Virus record (IMG/VR): IMGVR_UViG_3300027892_000017
Span: 1-64,000 of that record
Length of the DNA stretch: 64,000 bases
Reading direction: 5' to 3' (one strand)
Source of the DNA: an uncultured virus (IMG/VR IMGVR_UViG_3300027892_000017)
Taxonomy: Duplodnaviria; Heunggongvirae; Uroviricota; Caudoviricetes
Made by a program: the position numbers and the translations under genes. This document shows, piece after piece, positions 18,150 to 29,020 of the stretch. Below the pieces are notes generated by a model, which saw only the letters and a program-made list of their open reading frames with translations, did not search any database and was not told the DNA's origin. The number at the start of each line of letters is the position of its first letter. Positions within the stretch are counted from its first letter, which is position 1.

Positions 18150-21100
18150 TTACGCCTGAGCTTCTGACCAACGCAACACAATTGAAACTTCTTGCTGATT
18201 ACCACCAGTCAAGTAACAGTTAATGGCCAATACGTCTGGACCATTGGGATATACACCTCTACCACCAATAGCAGTATTGGTAATTTCTTTCAACTGTCCC
18301 AAGCTCAACGCTGTTTGATTGTTTGGCAATCCAACGAAAGAGAAAATAGTTTCTCCAGGAGCAGCATACTCAGCAATTGAACTGAAAGAGAATGATGAGC
18401 TAACTGGTATGTTTCCAGTAAAGTTCTTGTTAAAATAAATTGTTACATAGTTTGTACCGCTTCTATTAAATAGGCCGCTGATGTAAGAAACTGTTGTACC
18501 GCCTGGAATAACTGCTTGAACCCCAGCAGTCGGAGATGTTACTACCATACCAACTCGTACGTTAGCAACCTCTGTTGCAAGGAATTCTGCATAGTAGAAT
18601 CCGTTACCAACACCATATGTCCTTGTTGTGGCATCAAATGACACAGTAAACAAGTTATTCCATGTTACAGAAGTTCCCAAAGCCACTTGTGCAAACGATG
18701 GTTGACCTCCAGCTGACGGATTTTGTAAAGAGCGCCAGTCAATTAGTGTTGGATTAACTGGATAGTTGCTTGGGTTTAGTACCCCCTCAAGAACGATACC
18801 AGAAGCACTACCTGTGCCCGCAGTAACTTCAATACCTTGTAGTAGCAACTGCGCTCTGTTAATTAGTTCTCTATCACCCAAGTCTCCAACAATAGCGTTA
18901 GACACACTGGGAGCCAATCTAATTAAGAATGCTGTTTTACGTGCTGTGGTTGCAATAAAAGAAGTAGCTTGATAGTTGAACAAATAACCACGGTCAGTGT
19001 CAAATCCACCGTCTGTTAAGTAAGCACTACCCCAGTGACTAATAACTGGACTTGTTTTATTGCTTATGAATATAACACCAGTTCTAATTGAGTGGGCGGC
19101 AGCATCGCCAGCTGTGTAAGTTCTGGTAGCTCCTGCTGAGAAATTACTTAGCGGGGCTGACCGAGTTAGACCCCCTAATGACGTAGCTGTCTTAGATGTA
19201 TACGATATCATTTCATTATCAATATACACAGTTCCAGTATCGGGGAAGTCGTCTGTATCATCTAAAGGAATTGATGTTGATGTTGTAGTCATATCAGCTG
19301 TCAACATTGCCAATGCACCGTCGTTAACAACTTCGTAACGCACTGGTAAGTTGGCAGATCTCATAAATGCTTCTGTGTTAACGTTGTTGTTACGTACTCG
19401 ATGTACGAATAAGAAATTGCCTTCACGTCCACGTAGCATGTAATCAATAAAACCAGCACCATACCAAGTGTATTGAATACCAATCATCTGCATCTTTGTG
19501 ATGTCAATGTGGTATCCGCTTGGTCCTGTTCCGTCTGCTGAATCTCTATTCCAGTCTTCTTGATAAAAGAATCTATCTTGTACACGACATAATTTTATTT
19601 TAGTACCAACGTTTGCACCACGATAGTCAGGATTCATAAACAATGATGTTTGACTTGGCACACTGGTTACTGTGTGTGTCATGCCTTTAATAACAATCTT
19701 GTCACCAGCTTTTAACTGATCTCTAAATCTAGTGTTAATGCCAATTAATGCATTGCTGTTTGGTGTTGCTGTCACGCTGCCAGCAACTTGGAACGTTGAT
19801 GATCTCACAGTAACAGCCAATCTTTGTCCGTTGTATTGCCAGAACATGCCGTTTTGATCGTCAAAACATCCAGCACGTACAGTTGCGCCATTCCATCTAT
19901 ACAATGAAATTTGTGCTTGACTTGTCAGCGTTGCTGTAGTTGCACCTAGTTGTTGAGTTGCAACAACTGTAAATATACGTTCGCTTATAATGGAAGATAC
20001 AACATACTCGTTATTATATCCGCTAGTTTCAACACCAATAATTTTAACATCGGCACCAACTTGTAATCCGTGATCGACGTCGTCAGTTGTGAATGTAATG
20101 ATGCTTCCAACATTCAATCCTGTTGAAGTTGCTAATAATAGGTCATAACTAGGAGCAAATAATGCGCCAGTAGTATACATTAGTCCCTTACCTGACTGGT
20201 AACGAATATAGTTCTTACTCATACGTATTGCTTGAGCACCGTGTTGCGGTCCTCCTGTTCCTAATTGAACGCCACCGTCATACGGTCTATGAGAAAAGAA
20301 TGTGTCTGTTCGTGTATATATAATACCAGTGAGGCCGCCAACGTTGATATTTCCTTCAGCTCTTGCAGTATATCTAATAACAGTTGGGGTTGGTACTTGC
20401 TCAACGAAGAACGGTCCAGCAGCCAAATTTTGATTCAAAGCTGCTGAGGTAATATTAACTAAAATACCAGCTCCAGGAACTAGACCGTGATTAGAAAGAA
20501 ACGTAACTTGAATTACCGCAATAGCTGCAAATGTTACAGGTGTTATTGTGTTCAACACTGCTATTGTTGGTTCTGAAATAATAACTGTTGAATAGAAATC
20601 TATTGCTTGTCCGCCTGCGCTTGTACCAGTGACTGTAGCATCAACTACTGATCCACTTGTGTCAATTTCTGTAACTGTTAATATTAAATCGTGCGTTACA
20701 ATAGCGCCAGCTAAAACATTTCCTAATACTTTTAATCTATTTCCAACAACATAGTTGTCACCGCCACTTCCTACTGAATTAAATGTATAAGATCCGCTTG
20801 CTTTACCAATAGTTACTGTTAAACCAGATCCCTTTGTTACTGTGTTAGTTGGTACTAATGAGCTGTATGATGCTGAACTTGCGCTTGCTGTCCCTGATAA
20901 TACAGTAAAAATACCAACAGCGCCGGTGCCGTCGACAGTTACAATTTGTACTGTTACGTCATTCGCTGGCGCAGTGCCGCCAAGTAATGTTCCTACAACT
21001 TTAACTTTATCGCCAGCAACATACCCAGATCCAATAGCGCCTGTTGTTACGTTTGAATAAACAGTTCCTGAAGTACTTACATTAAGAGTTAAGCCACTTC

Positions 21101-24100
21101 CGTTTCCAGTCAATAGTGTTCCAGCCAATGTAGTATAAATGTCGTCATCTAGTGCAGTGCCAGCGCCAGAAATAGTGGCTATTTTCTTATCAGCAGTTAC
21201 CGTTAGAACAGTAATTGTTAAATCATTAGCTGGGGTTGCGCCGCCTAATTCAGTTCCACGAATAACAAATTGGTTACCTGAAGAATAACCACCAATATCA
21301 TCAGTAAATACTGCTGATCCAGTTGATTCATTAAAATGTAATAGTGCAGTGGTATTTGAATCATTTGTATATGGTGATGTTGCTACAGTAAATCCTGCTG
21401 TATGTCTTGCAATGCCTTTAGATATTCTAAATTCATCAATGAATCCAAGAAATCCGTCTCCAGCACCTAGGTAGTCTGCACCAATAATCGCTGGTCGAAG
21501 AGCATAAGTAGTGCTGTCAGTCCAAGTACCTTGACTTTGTCCGTCTAAGAATAGTTCAGTAAAGCCGCTTGACCTTGATAGTTCTAAGTGATGCCATGTT
21601 TCTGCAGCCACGCTGTCTGTACCAGTGATTCTAGTTGTCCCGTTAACAAATAGATATACATTATTTGACGAGTTAAATCCTAAAACTACTGCACTGTCAG
21701 ATGAAGTATTTCTCATATCAACCAGCGTTTGATTAGTGCCAATTGAGTCTGTTCTGAACCAAAAATCAATAGTAAAATCTCCAGTGCCAAATTCTAAGCC
21801 CGTGTTGCTTGTAATAGTTGCGTAAGAAGTAGCAGTTGCCGGTGACACTGAGTTTGGAATACGCAAACTACCTGATCCAAATCTTGTTTGTGTTGCCGTT
21901 GTTTGTGCGCTGCCAGTTCCTGTAATAATTCTAGCAGTTCTTGTTGCGTCACCACTATTTAAAATAGACGGTGTATAAACAGTTCCAGCCGACGTTACTG
22001 AAAAAGTTGCGCCGGTGCCAACTAGTGCTGGGAAAGCTGTTGGGTCAGTTGCTGGAGTAGCATATGTTGCTGTTCCAGGATCTGCTATACCTGAAAATGT
22101 TACTGAAGTAATTCCGCCAGATCCGTTGACTGCGTCTACCGTTAACGACAAATCGTTAGCTGGTGTAGTGCCGCCTAGATCAGTGCCTAGAATTTCAAAT
22201 AAGTCACCAACAACATATCCTGATCCAGCTGTAGTTGGGGTGACTGCTGTATAACTAACCCCCACCCTTGTTACTGAAAATACTGCACTGGTTCCTAAAC
22301 CAGTAACACGAGTTGTTGCTCTGCTTGAGTAAAGTTGTTGATCAGCGCCAATGCCTGAACTAGTTATACCCGTAACTGTTCCACCAACACCAATAGTTGT
22401 AACTGTGATAATTAGGTCATTTACTAATACTAGCCCACCGAGTGCTGTTCCAGCTATAGTTAATGTATCCCCTACCAAGTAACCAGTTCCTAGTTGACCT
22501 GATGTTACTGTTGGTGAATACAGTGTCCCAGTTCTTGTGACATCAAACCTAACTCCGGTGCCAGTTCCAATAATGCTTGTTGGTGCAATGTTGCTAAATT
22601 CTGCGGCATCGCCTATTAATGCCGATGTCAAAGGATTTGACAACGTTACTGTAGTACCTTCAATGTTAGTGACAGCAGTGCTTGTGCCATCTCCACGATC
22701 AATTGCTAGACCTACTTGAATTCCTGTTGTATCAGTAAATTCTAAAACAGAGGATCCAACTGGTGATGTATCTGAAAGAGTTTGTGTAACAGCAACTCCT
22801 GAGGCAATACCATCTCCAGAAGAAGTTACTGTTAGAATTTCGCCAGCAGTGTCTACTGTGGCAACCGTAATCAAACAATCATTGCTAGGACTTGTTCCAT
22901 CTAAATCTGTACCAGGAATACTGATTTGATCGTTAATTGCATATCCTGTTCCAGCAGTTGTTACTGTGACAGCATATACTGCTGCGGTTCGAGTAACTGT
23001 AAATACAGCATCAACTCCAAGACCTGAAACGTTAATTCCTGATAATGCAGTATAAACAGTTGATCCTGACGATCCTGTTCCAATTACTGAGGTAATCACT
23101 GAGCCAGTTAATATAGCGCCTGAAGAGGAAACTGGAGCGTTATTGGTTGGTATTGACCCAGTATACGGAATTATTGTTGAACCAGTAGCTACGTTTAATG
23201 CTGGGAAAAATGTTCCTGAACTACCTTGGCTAAAAACAGAAAATGTAGGTGTACCAACGTCAGCACCAGTGTATAATCCACCTCTGCGCAATAATGTATA
23301 TGACTCTTGCAACTCGGTTGCAGGAAGAGTACCTACTTTTGCTTTGGCAAAATACGTAAATTGTGTAGAACTTGGTGTTGAGTTGACTAAAAACACACCT
23401 TCTGCTCTTGAAAAACCAGTGACTGCTGTGGACAATGCTCTAATAATAAAAGGAGCGCCGTTTTGCAATCCGTGTGCGCCGCTTGTTGTTACTGTGATCA
23501 AAGATTGACCAGTACCGCCTGTGCCGCTTGAAGCATCAGTTGTTACCAATGTTACAGTAGTATCAGTGCCTGGGATCTCAAACACACTAGGATATGACCT
23601 TGCCAATGATAACGCTTGCCACTTAGTAGGCTGTAGGCCGTATTCAAAGTCAGCGTCAAGCATGGATTGTGCTTGAGACATTCTGTTACGTTCAATGGCG
23701 TCTGTGCCAAAGTCGTATGGTCTGGTTCTTAATTCTTGAAAGTCTTCAACGAAAATTTGTAATGAATCATTCGCTGACATAGTTTGAGTGTCAACACTCA
23801 ATGTGATACGAGTCGTACCATATTCAATTTCTGTATCTTCGTCTGGATCAGTTGGAGCACGCTCAGTTAGCGTTACACCCGCAGTTGGGTCTGCAAAGTT
23901 GTAAAGGATTATATTATCTGTAACGTTTGTGATCAATAGTAACTGGTCACGAGTCCATTTTCCGCCAATGTTAATTGTTCCAACACCATTTACCAATGCT
24001 GGGCCTGCGGATGGACCATCTAAAATTATTGTGGTAATTGCATCAAATAATGCACCAAGAGCGGTATCTGCACCAGTTTCAAATACTAATGCAGAATTGA

Positions 24101-25019
24101 TAGTTTGTGTGGTAACAATTGGAGTTTGCAAACTTGCATATGGCAAGTTTCTAATAATATAATTATTAGTTATATTCTTAATAAAATTATATATGGCAAC
24201 TTCAGGAGTTCTATTACCGTTAATTTGCGGAATTCCGTTAAGCCAAAAATGGAACTCTGCTGCTTCTTTACTATTTCTATTGCCTGTGTAACGCAAATCC
24301 CATAAAACTGAAGGAATTAAAACATCAATGTCTCTTCGAATAAATGTTTCGTTATATACATAGTTGGCAAATGTTGTGCCATAACTGATTGCAGGCACAC
24401 TAGATAACCCGTTTTGTATCACTGATGTTACAATGGTTGATAATGTTGTAATTCTAGCAGCGGCGCCAGCTTCACCAGCAGTTCCTGATGTTACTTGAGT
24501 CGCAATTGCCTGTGCTGTAGGATATACTGTTTTTGTAAAAACATAATCTTTAATTATAAGTGCTAGCTTTGCATGGCCGTAAATTTCTGCTAAACGGTCT
24601 CCATCAATTTGTGGAGTTGATCCAACCCAATAAACAGATGCTACTGCTCGAGTTCGTTCGTTTCCGCCGTAACGTAAATCGTAAATATAGCTGTCAATTA
24701 CATATCCAACATCACGTTTACATTTTGCGGAATCGTAGATATATCCTGCAAATCCTGGCTGATTCGTTGCAACTTGCTCGGCAATCCAAGCAACTAGTTC
24801 TTCTTTTAAGAATTCTTTATTTGCTGTTAATAGTGCAACTGCGTTTGGGAGTAAATTTACTGCGGTGTCTGTAATAACCTGTGCGTTTATAAACTCTATT
24901 GTTTCATCAATGATAAAATCAGTATTAGAGTTAATTAACGAGTATGCATTTGGAAACGCATTACTTAACCCAGATACCCCTGGGGTAAAAACGTAATTTT
25001 GTATTCTTTTCTTTGCCAT
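18150..25019 (-). CDS. Giant (2289 aa) fibre-like virion protein with repeated beta-rich modules and a LamG/ConA-like domain
   Basis: ~6 repeats of G.GY..GD...I.GT.LGG..P.ND...V; LamG-like FGTGDFTIDFW...WHHLEL.R...LFLDG...GFIDEFRISKG; Thr/Gly/Ser-rich. Confidence 0.8.
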   Translation of the reverse strand: MAKKRIQNYVFTPGVSGLSNAFPNAYSLINSNTDFIIDETIEFINAQVITDTAVNLLPNAVALLTANKEFLKEELVAWIAEQVATNQPGFAGYIYDSAKCKRDVGYVIDSYIYDLRYGGNERTRAVASVYWVGSTPQIDGDRLAEIYGHAKLALIIKDYVFTKTVYPTAQAIATQVTSGTAGEAGAAARITTLSTIVTSVIQNGLSSVPAISYGTTFANYVYNETFIRRDIDVLIPSVLWDLRYTGNRNSKEAAEFHFWLNGIPQINGNRTPEVAIYNFIKNITNNYIIRNLPYASLQTPIVTTQTINSALVFETGADTALGALFDAITTIILDGPSAGPALVNGVGTINIGGKWTRDQLLLITNVTDNIILYNFADPTAGVTLTERAPTDPDEDTEIEYGTTRITLSVDTQTMSANDSLQIFVEDFQELRTRPYDFGTDAIERNRMSQAQSMLDADFEYGLQPTKWQALSLARSYPSVFEIPGTDTTVTLVTTDASSGTGGTGQSLITVTTSGAHGLQNGAPFIIRALSTAVTGFSRAEGVFLVNSTPSSTQFTYFAKAKVGTLPATELQESYTLLRRGGLYTGADVGTPTFSVFSQGSSGTFFPALNVATGSTIIPYTGSIPTNNAPVSSSGAILTGSVITSVIGTGSSGSTVYTALSGINVSGLGVDAVFTVTRTAAVYAVTVTTAGTGYAINDQISIPGTDLDGTSPSNDCLITVATVDTAGEILTVTSSGDGIASGVAVTQTLSDTSPVGSSVLEFTDTTGIQVGLAIDRGDGTSTAVTNIEGTTVTLSNPLTSALIGDAAEFSNIAPTSIIGTGTGVRFDVTRTGTLYSPTVTSGQLGTGYLVGDTLTIAGTALGGLVLVNDLIITVTTIGVGGTVTGITSSGIGADQQLYSSRATTRVTGLGTSAVFSVTRVGVSYTAVTPTTAGSGYVVGDLFEILGTDLGGTTPANDLSLTVDAVNGSGGITSVTFSGIADPGTATYATPATDPTAFPALVGTGATFSVTSAGTVYTPSILNSGDATRTARIITGTGSAQTTATQTRFGSGSLRIPNSVSPATATSYATITSNTGLEFGTGDFTIDFWFRTDSIGTNQTLVDMRNTSSDSAVVLGFNSSNNVYLFVNGTTRITGTDSVAAETWHHLELSRSSGFTELFLDGQSQGTWTDSTTYALRPAIIGADYLGAGDGFLGFIDEFRISKGIARHTAGFTVATSPYTNDSNTTALLHFNESTGSAVFTDDIGGYSSGNQFVIRGTELGGATPANDLTITVLTVTADKKIATISGAGTALDDDIYTTLAGTLLTGNGSGLTLNVSTSGTVYSNVTTGAIGSGYVAGDKVKVVGTLLGGTAPANDVTVQIVTVDGTGAVGIFTVLSGTASASSASYSSLVPTNTVTKGSGLTVTIGKASGSYTFNSVGSGGDNYVVGNRLKVLGNVLAGAIVTHDLILTVTEIDTSGSVVDATVTGTSAGGQAIDFYSTVIISEPTIAVLNTITPVTFAAIAVIQVTFLSNHGLVPGAGILVNITSAALNQNLAAGPFFVEQVPTPTVIRYTARAEGNINVGGLTGIIYTRTDTFFSHRPYDGGVQLGTGGPQHGAQAIRMSKNYIRYQSGKGLMYTTGALFAPSYDLLLATSTGLNVGSIITFTTDDVDHGLQVGADVKIIGVETSGYNNEYVVSSIISERIFTVVATQQLGATTATLTSQAQISLYRWNGATVRAGCFDDQNGMFWQYNGQRLAVTVRSSTFQVAGSVTATPNSNALIGINTRFRDQLKAGDKIVIKGMTHTVTSVPSQTSLFMNPDYRGANVGTKIKLCRVQDRFFYQEDWNRDSADGTGPSGYHIDITKMQMIGIQYTWYGAGFIDYMLRGREGNFLFVHRVRNNNVNTEAFMRSANLPVRYEVVNDGALAMLTADMTTTSTSIPLDDTDDFPDTGTVYIDNEMISYTSKTATSLGGLTRSAPLSNFSAGATRTYTAGDAAAHSIRTGVIFISNKTSPVISHWGSAYLTDGGFDTDRGYLFNYQATSFIATTARKTAFLIRLAPSVSNAIVGDLGDRELINRAQLLLQGIEVTAGTGSASGIVLEGVLNPSNYPVNPTLIDWRSLQNPSAGGQPSFAQVALGTSVTWNNLFTVSFDATTRTYGVGNGFYYAEFLATEVANVRVGMVVTSPTAGVQAVIPGGTTVSYISGLFNRSGTNYVTIYFNKNFTGNIPVSSSFSFSSIAEYAAPGETIFSFVGLPNNQTALSLGQLKEITNTAIGGRGVYPNGPDVLAINCYLTGGNQQEVSIVLRWSEAQA

Positions 25020-25031
25020 TATTATTCCTGT

Positions 25032-25763
25032 TTATAGTCCAAATGCTACTGCGAATGCTAAACTTACTGTAGCTTTTTTATCAACATAAAATTTTGTTGA
25101 TAAATGCGAGTTTACAGTTGGCTCAGCCGCGGTCACTGTTTCACTAACTGTTAACGCTCCACCAATATTTACATTTTTTGCAATGCCTACACCACCAGAA
25201 ACGACTAGTGCTCCAGACGTTGTGCTGTTGCTTTCTAAGACAGAAAGTGCTGAGATTGCATTATCGGCTTGTAAAAATGTAAACTGACCAGTATTTTTAG
25301 TGGTAGCTCCAATTGAGCCAGTTATGCCAGTTGTTGAGATTAGGCTGGTAAATCTACCAGCTGATGCTGTTGTTTGTCCGACTGGTACTGCGTTTATTGA
25401 TCCGCCAGTTATTTGTACGTTTGTGAATGCGCTTGCGCCAATACTTATGATATTACCAGTAACATTGCCGGTCACATTTCCAGTCAAGGTACCAGTTACA
25501 TTTCCAAGAACGTTACCTGTTAACGTGCCAACAATTGAAAATGCATTTACTGTGTTGACCGCTAGTTTATCTATTACAACTGAGCCTGTGCCAGTTGTTA
25601 CGAGATTAATATTACCGCTGGCATTTGTTGCTGTGATAGAATTAGCATTAATTCTAATGTTATCCACGTCAAGTTGAGTGGCTGTAATAGCCCCAAAATT
25701 ACTTTCTGGGCCTGTTATAAAACCACTTTCTGACTTGAATTGTTTAAGTATAGCTACGGTCAT
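25032..25763 (-). CDS. Virion structural/fibre protein
   Basis: GNVTG repeats, SGALVVSGGVGIAKNVNIGG, TKFYVD fibre motifs. Confidence 0.7.
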   Translation of the reverse strand: MTVAILKQFKSESGFITGPESNFGAITATQLDVDNIRINANSITATNASGNINLVTTGTGSVVIDKLAVNTVNAFSIVGTLTGNVLGNVTGTLTGNVTGNVTGNIISIGASAFTNVQITGGSINAVPVGQTTASAGRFTSLISTTGITGSIGATTKNTGQFTFLQADNAISALSVLESNSTTSGALVVSGGVGIAKNVNIGGALTVSETVTAAEPTVNSHLSTKFYVDKKATVSLAFAVAFGL

Positions 25764-25814
25764 GACGTTATTTTCTCATTATTACTTATTTACCACTTTT
25801 TAAAAGTAGCATAA

Positions 25815-28800
25815 TTAGTAGCCTACAACGTCGCCAATTGCTATCCAAGATGCTCCCGTTCTAAACAATGTGAATGTTGCAACGTCAACACTATTCAATG
25901 CGCCGTATGTTGGAACTGTGTTGTCCTTCCAACGTAAGGTCTGCGCATTTCCATTAATTTGAATTGCTGTAATTCCGTACGGTGATGCTCCTTGAAGCAA
26001 GGATATTGTGATTGTAGTGATTCGGTCACCTGTTGTTGGAACGTTGGTAAAGTTAGCTGTAAAATTAGACAACATGCCACTATGATAAAACTCGTTACCC
26101 GTTGCAAAGTCGTGTACAACTACGGGAGCATTACTTATAGATATCGTACCAACCATGCCACTATGATATTGGCAAATATAGTACAAGGTACTTGGTGCAT
26201 CTAGAGGCACTGCAAAAGTAATGGTACCAACATCATCTCCATTGTTGGTCACGCCTGTTGAATAAGCACTACTAGTACCGGTAACTTGCGCAGTTTTGAT
26301 CCAGAAAGGATGATTAGCAGCATTAACGTTAAAGGTATAAGTAACTCCTCTTACTAAATTCAGTGTGGGATTACTATCGCCGTTTATTAAATATGCGGAT
26401 GAACCAGAATTTGTCACAGTAAAAGTACTAACTCCAGCACTGCCAGTTTTATTATTTAATACCCTAGTTGATTGTTGTAGTGTTGTTGTGCCAGTTAATA
26501 CTACATTGGCATAAGAAACAGTAGCATCAATTCTGTTAGCAGCATCTTGTGTTGAACTGTAAGTGAATGAAATTCCAGAGTGTGTTCCACTTGTAAGTGC
26601 CGCGCCCACTGCATCTACAGCACTTTCATCAGTGTATGCTGCTGGTAATGATACACTGGCATCAATTCTATTGCTGGCATCATTATAGTTAAAGCTAATA
26701 TTTGAGTGTGTGCCGGCTGTGAATAATGCAGCAGCTTGATCTTGAATATATTCTGATGATACAGTTGCATTGATAACGTTACTAGCATCAGCATACGCAT
26801 AAGAAATACCAGTATGCGATCCGCTAACAAACATTGGGGCCACTGCATCTTGTGCGTTTTCGTCACTGTACATTGTTGGGTATGTAACTGTGGCACTTAG
26901 TGTGTTAGCCAAATCGTTATATGTAAACGAAATACCAGAATGTGTTCCAGTAGTTAATATTAATGCCGCAGCATCTTGTGCTTGTTCATCGGTGTATATA
27001 CCAGCTTGTGCATTAACTGTTGCATTGATTGTGTTATTATTGTCGTTGTAACTAAAAGTAATACCAGTATGTGTTCCGCCGGTAAACATTGATGCTGAAG
27101 CATCTTGGGCATCTTCTGTAGTAATGCCACCACCACCACCACCACCGCTTGATGCAAACGTAATTGTGTCATTGGTAGCGTTGGTTGTGATGGTCATGCC
27201 AACACCAGCAATAAATGTAATAGTATCTGATGTAGTATCTGCTACTACGTTATCTTGTCCATCAATTTGTATGGTTCCAAATGCGTTTGCACTTGTGGGA
27301 ATATCTGCAAAGTTTGCTAATCGATTCCAAACACCAGAATGAGCATAATACAATTTGCCTGTGTCTTGAGCATATGCCACCATGCCGCGCCATGTGTTGG
27401 CCGGGGCTTCAATATTCAAATCGTTAAGTGATGCCCAATTGGCACGGAGATAACTTTTTGCTCCAGTGGCATATAGTGTGCCTAATATTTGTAAAAACTC
27501 ACCGTTCCAAGAAAGTCCAGCACCAGTATCCGCAACGACTGATCCAGTAGTTGGATAATATGCTAGTCTATTGCCTACACCAGCACTTACACCACTGGCA
27601 CCACCGCCTCCGCTACTGCTGGCACTGATTGTAATTGCATCGCCGCTAGCATTAGTTGATAAAGTAATATTTGGACCAGCTACCAGCGTTAGCGTGTCAG
27701 CTGAAGAGTCAGCAACAACTGCGCTTTGGCCAGCAATTTCAATAGTGCTAAAACTGTTGCCACTTGTGCCGCCACCAGTGCCTGACTCATCAGCACCGTT
27801 GTACCAGTTGACTCCATTGTATTTTAATACTTGACCATTAGTGGGCGATGTAATAGTTACATCTGTTAAATCAGCAAGTGCGCTTGCACCCCCGCTGCCG
27901 CCGCCACCAGTACCAATTACTGTTCCGTTAACTGTTGATCCAGCTGGTAAATTAACTGCTGAACCAGTTGCCGTAATTACAGCATCACCTAAAATAAGTG
28001 AGTTGCCACTTAAATATAAGTCCTTCCATCTTTTACTTGCACTGCCCAAATCAATACTACTGGTAACACCAGGTAGTAATGAAGCATTAATTGCAGTTGG
28101 TTCTAAGTTACTTAAATCCGTTGCTGCTCCACTGGTTGTTCCACCGCCACCGCCAGTTCCACCGCTGCCAGAACCACCAGTGCTTCCAGCGTCGCTCAAT
28201 GTTGTTACTACAATTGCGTTACCCAGTCCAGCAGTTACTGAACTAAAATAATACAATGCTGCTGGATAAGTATCAGCAACTGAAATTTCTATGTATCTAC
28301 TGGTTGCTGCTAAAAATAATGCTGGATTAATATAGTCTGCTCTGGCTACTTTTTTGTTATCCAAATAGTAACTTATTCCAGGAACATAAATGCTGTTTAC
28401 ATCATCAGCAGTTGTGCCAATGACTAACGGATGTAAATCATTAGTTCCGTATGATTGATCAAATCTATAAGTTAGTCCTTTGTAAAAAGTCAGTGCTGGT
28501 TTAACATCGTCTGAGGAATAAGGACCTGTATTGATCGTAAATGCAGGAGTTCCGTTTACTTTTGTAAAATAATAAACAGTTGCTTTGGATGATGAATCAA
28601 CAATTACTTCAGCCAGTGTTGCAAATGCAGTTACTTTGATATCTTGCAAGCCAACAACTGCTGGTGTTGCGTACAATACCAATATGCTATCTGTAATATC
28701 AGCCTGTACATCTATCAAGTTAACTCCGGTATTAATTCTACCGTATACTGTTATAGAAGCTTTGCCTAATTTTGCAACAACTGAAACATTTAATGTCTCA

Positions 28801-29006
28801 CGCTGATCACTTCCACATTCCGCATGTATTACATAGTGTGCTGAACCAAAAGTATCAGTGTTAAATTCATGTAGCGCATTCGTAACGGGGCCGTCTACTA
28901 TTAATGTTTCAATTCCTGTAAACGCAAGATTAGTACCATTAAGAAACTTAACTGATCCTTCATCTTGCGTTATTAGTCCAGGTAACCATGATAGATTAGT
29001 TGCCAT
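25815..29006 (-). CDS. Tail-fibre-like protein with ~40-aa repeats and cupredoxin-like modules
   Basis: DLGSASKRWKDLYL, LADLTDV.I.SP.NGQVL.Y, five E.AQDA...GTH.GI.F.Y.D repeats, HPF...CQYHSGM. Confidence 0.75.
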   Translation of the reverse strand: MATNLSWLPGLITQDEGSVKFLNGTNLAFTGIETLIVDGPVTNALHEFNTDTFGSAHYVIHAECGSDQRETLNVSVVAKLGKASITVYGRINTGVNLIDVQADITDSILVLYATPAVVGLQDIKVTAFATLAEVIVDSSSKATVYYFTKVNGTPAFTINTGPYSSDDVKPALTFYKGLTYRFDQSYGTNDLHPLVIGTTADDVNSIYVPGISYYLDNKKVARADYINPALFLAATSRYIEISVADTYPAALYYFSSVTAGLGNAIVVTTLSDAGSTGGSGSGGTGGGGGTTSGAATDLSNLEPTAINASLLPGVTSSIDLGSASKRWKDLYLSGNSLILGDAVITATGSAVNLPAGSTVNGTVIGTGGGGSGGASALADLTDVTITSPTNGQVLKYNGVNWYNGADESGTGGGTSGNSFSTIEIAGQSAVVADSSADTLTLVAGPNITLSTNASGDAITISASSSGGGGASGVSAGVGNRLAYYPTTGSVVADTGAGLSWNGEFLQILGTLYATGAKSYLRANWASLNDLNIEAPANTWRGMVAYAQDTGKLYYAHSGVWNRLANFADIPTSANAFGTIQIDGQDNVVADTTSDTITFIAGVGMTITTNATNDTITFASSGGGGGGGITTEDAQDASASMFTGGTHTGITFSYNDNNNTINATVNAQAGIYTDEQAQDAAALILTTGTHSGISFTYNDLANTLSATVTYPTMYSDENAQDAVAPMFVSGSHTGISYAYADASNVINATVSSEYIQDQAAALFTAGTHSNISFNYNDASNRIDASVSLPAAYTDESAVDAVGAALTSGTHSGISFTYSSTQDAANRIDATVSYANVVLTGTTTLQQSTRVLNNKTGSAGVSTFTVTNSGSSAYLINGDSNPTLNLVRGVTYTFNVNAANHPFWIKTAQVTGTSSAYSTGVTNNGDDVGTITFAVPLDAPSTLYYICQYHSGMVGTISISNAPVVVHDFATGNEFYHSGMLSNFTANFTNVPTTGDRITTITISLLQGASPYGITAIQINGNAQTLRWKDNTVPTYGALNSVDVATFTLFRTGASWIAIGDVVGY

Positions 29007-29020
29007 TTTGACCTTTTAAA

